DNA of 64,000 nucleotides from Lepidodermella squamata (Eukaryota > Animalia > Gastrotricha). Made by a program: the position numbers and the translations under genes. Below the pieces are notes generated by a model that saw only the letters and a list, made by a program, of their open reading frames with translations, ran no database searches and was not told the DNA's origin. Shown piece by piece: positions 62,557-64,000 of this stretch. The stretch covers positions 992,001 to 1,056,000 of the forward strand of contig JBLDXI010000048.1 of assembly GCA_047495785.1 (NCBI GenBank). The letters run 5' to 3'. Every line of letters begins with the position of its first letter. Position 1 is the first letter of the stretch.

Positions 62557-62855
62557 CAACGACATGATGGTCCACAAGGATCCTGTTTTTTTTGGAAGGA
62601 TCCTGGAAATTTCCGGCCAGAATGTTGTATCGATTCAAATAGCAACTCTCCCATTCTTCCAATTTCATGCCACATGAACCGGGTCTAGAATTTGCATGGA
62701 AGGAGCCTAAGCCAGAGCCTAATACTTCTTTTTTAGTTTCACTGTTGCAGGGCGGGATTCAGCTTCGGCTTGGTCACTAGAGATGTTGATTTCGACTGCG
62801 ATAATCGAGGTGCGATAGTCATATACAAGTGTAGAATTATAGTCCAATCGAGATG
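62557..62855 (+). pseudogene. Degraded CYP 3' fragment, most like copy 5
   Basis: GATCCTGTTT...TGGAAGGATCCTG...CTAGAATTTGCATGG...TGGTCACTAGAGATGTTGA aligns with about 59535-59843, with many indels. Confidence 0.8.
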
Positions 62856-63347
62856 CATTGGTTTTTCTAATGAAACTAGCGCCTTATTTAATACTTTTGA
62901 AAATCTAATAATTTACAACGTCTTTAATTTAGAGGTTTTTCTGGAAATAATCCAGAAAAATCGACGCAGTTCCCCTATAGTACATAGTGCATGTGTATTG
63001 TCCGTGTCTAAAAATAATGTTGCAAATATTTAGCTTTGTATCCATATGTTGTGCAGACAAATATTTAGTATTTAGTGTTTTTCTACCAAAAGTAGCAATT
63101 CGCAATTCCTATTGTGATTAATTATCACTCCAGGGTGTTCCGCAGTCCGCAAAGTTGAACCGCGTGCAAAACGCAGCAATAATTTTGCGTCAACTTTCAG
63201 GAAAACATACCTCAATGCCATGGCACTTTTATTCGCAATGCTGATATTCCGTTCATGTCGACCACTCAACATCTGAACTAAGCTTAGATAATATATCCTA
63301 CTTCAAAATCAAAGCTCACAAAAAATAAGATTTGGTTATAAATTTCG

Positions 63348-64000
63348 ATGAAAATTCCGATCACATTGCTATTCCGATCTGCCCTTCTGTCCGCATTAGC
63401 TCAGTTGACGGCCAGTGAGTTCAGTCCCCCTGAGGAGAAATTCACAAATGACATGATTGAGAAATGTTGCCTACTGAAATGCCGGAGCCGTCCAGTTGCG
63501 GAACCGAAGACAAATTTAAACCTAACCTTTACCCCATTTCGATTCAAAGGCATAAATGACCGCGATCAAACGTAAGTTCCCAACTAGACCCTGCATATTA
63601 ATGTTGAAAAGAATGTTAACTAGAATGGAAGTTTTCGGTCAGCTGGATGTATCTTGGAAGCATCCGTGCACAATATGGAATGCAACAGAGAATGGCATTG
63701 ATCGAATCGAAATTAGGCTTGATGAACAGTGGCACCCTAGAATTATGTTATTCAACGCGCAAGATGCTGCAAACTATTGGGCCTTTGAGAAGTTTTACTT
63801 TACCTCGGTGCTAGATTTTACTCTTATTGTCCCAATTGCAGCTACATCACGAAATTCGGGAGAGCTGAATACTACCCGAATGGCGGCGTTAGCATAGTGT
63901 TTGCCACGACATTTACTACATTCTGCCCGCTCAAGTAAGCTGTAAAGAAGTATAAAGAAGGATGTGATTGCTTAAGCCTGTTACGTGTTGCTCTAGAGTC
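63348..64000 (+). CDS. pLGIC subunit of a different, multi-intron type (5' part; runs off the window)
   Basis: Exons 63348-63571, 63624-63791 and 63842-63934 give signal peptide, SRPV, GINDRDQTMEVFGQLDVSWKHP, WHPRIMLFN and YYPNGGVSIVFATTFTTFCPL, reaching the first Cys-loop Cys. Confidence 0.78.

Noticed and set aside
1-64000. Prokaryotic systems, RNA genes and a species assignment
   Set aside because: Spliceosomal introns and animal gene families exclude a prokaryote, and no tRNA, rRNA or CRISPR pattern was seen. The host taxon cannot be established without a database search.

Overview
Gene-dense animal (invertebrate) genomic DNA with very short spliceosomal introns (47-70 nt). No rRNA, tRNA or CRISPR features were seen. 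1-31.6 kb is a tandem array of nine divergent two-exon pentameric Cys-loop ligand-gated ion channel (pLGIC) genes, five on the - strand then four on the + strand. They have a non-canonical C-x14-C Cys-loop, a P/T-D-R motif before M2, hypervariable ligand loops and almost no M3-M4 cytoplasmic loop. One copy is split by a complete, very young Ty3/Gypsy LTR retrotransposon (850-6876) and two carry frameshifts. Embedded in the array are a two-gene Harbinger unit, a pseudogenised secreted protein (Cys-rich repeats plus a putative aerolysin-type pore-forming domain) and an orphan secreted pro-protein. 35.9-64 kb holds SLC41 and SLC46 transporters, a five-member family of small acidic secreted CxxxC...CxC proteins, an ankyrin protein, threonine dehydratase, five CYP2-clan P450s plus a relic, an orphan class C GPCR, a tandem C-type lectin with a probable 3-nt microexon, and the start of a tenth, multi-intron pLGIC. 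Several non-autonomous DNA transposons and a 30-bp P-element-like excision footprint are also present. All exon boundaries and comparisons were made by eye; no database searches were run.
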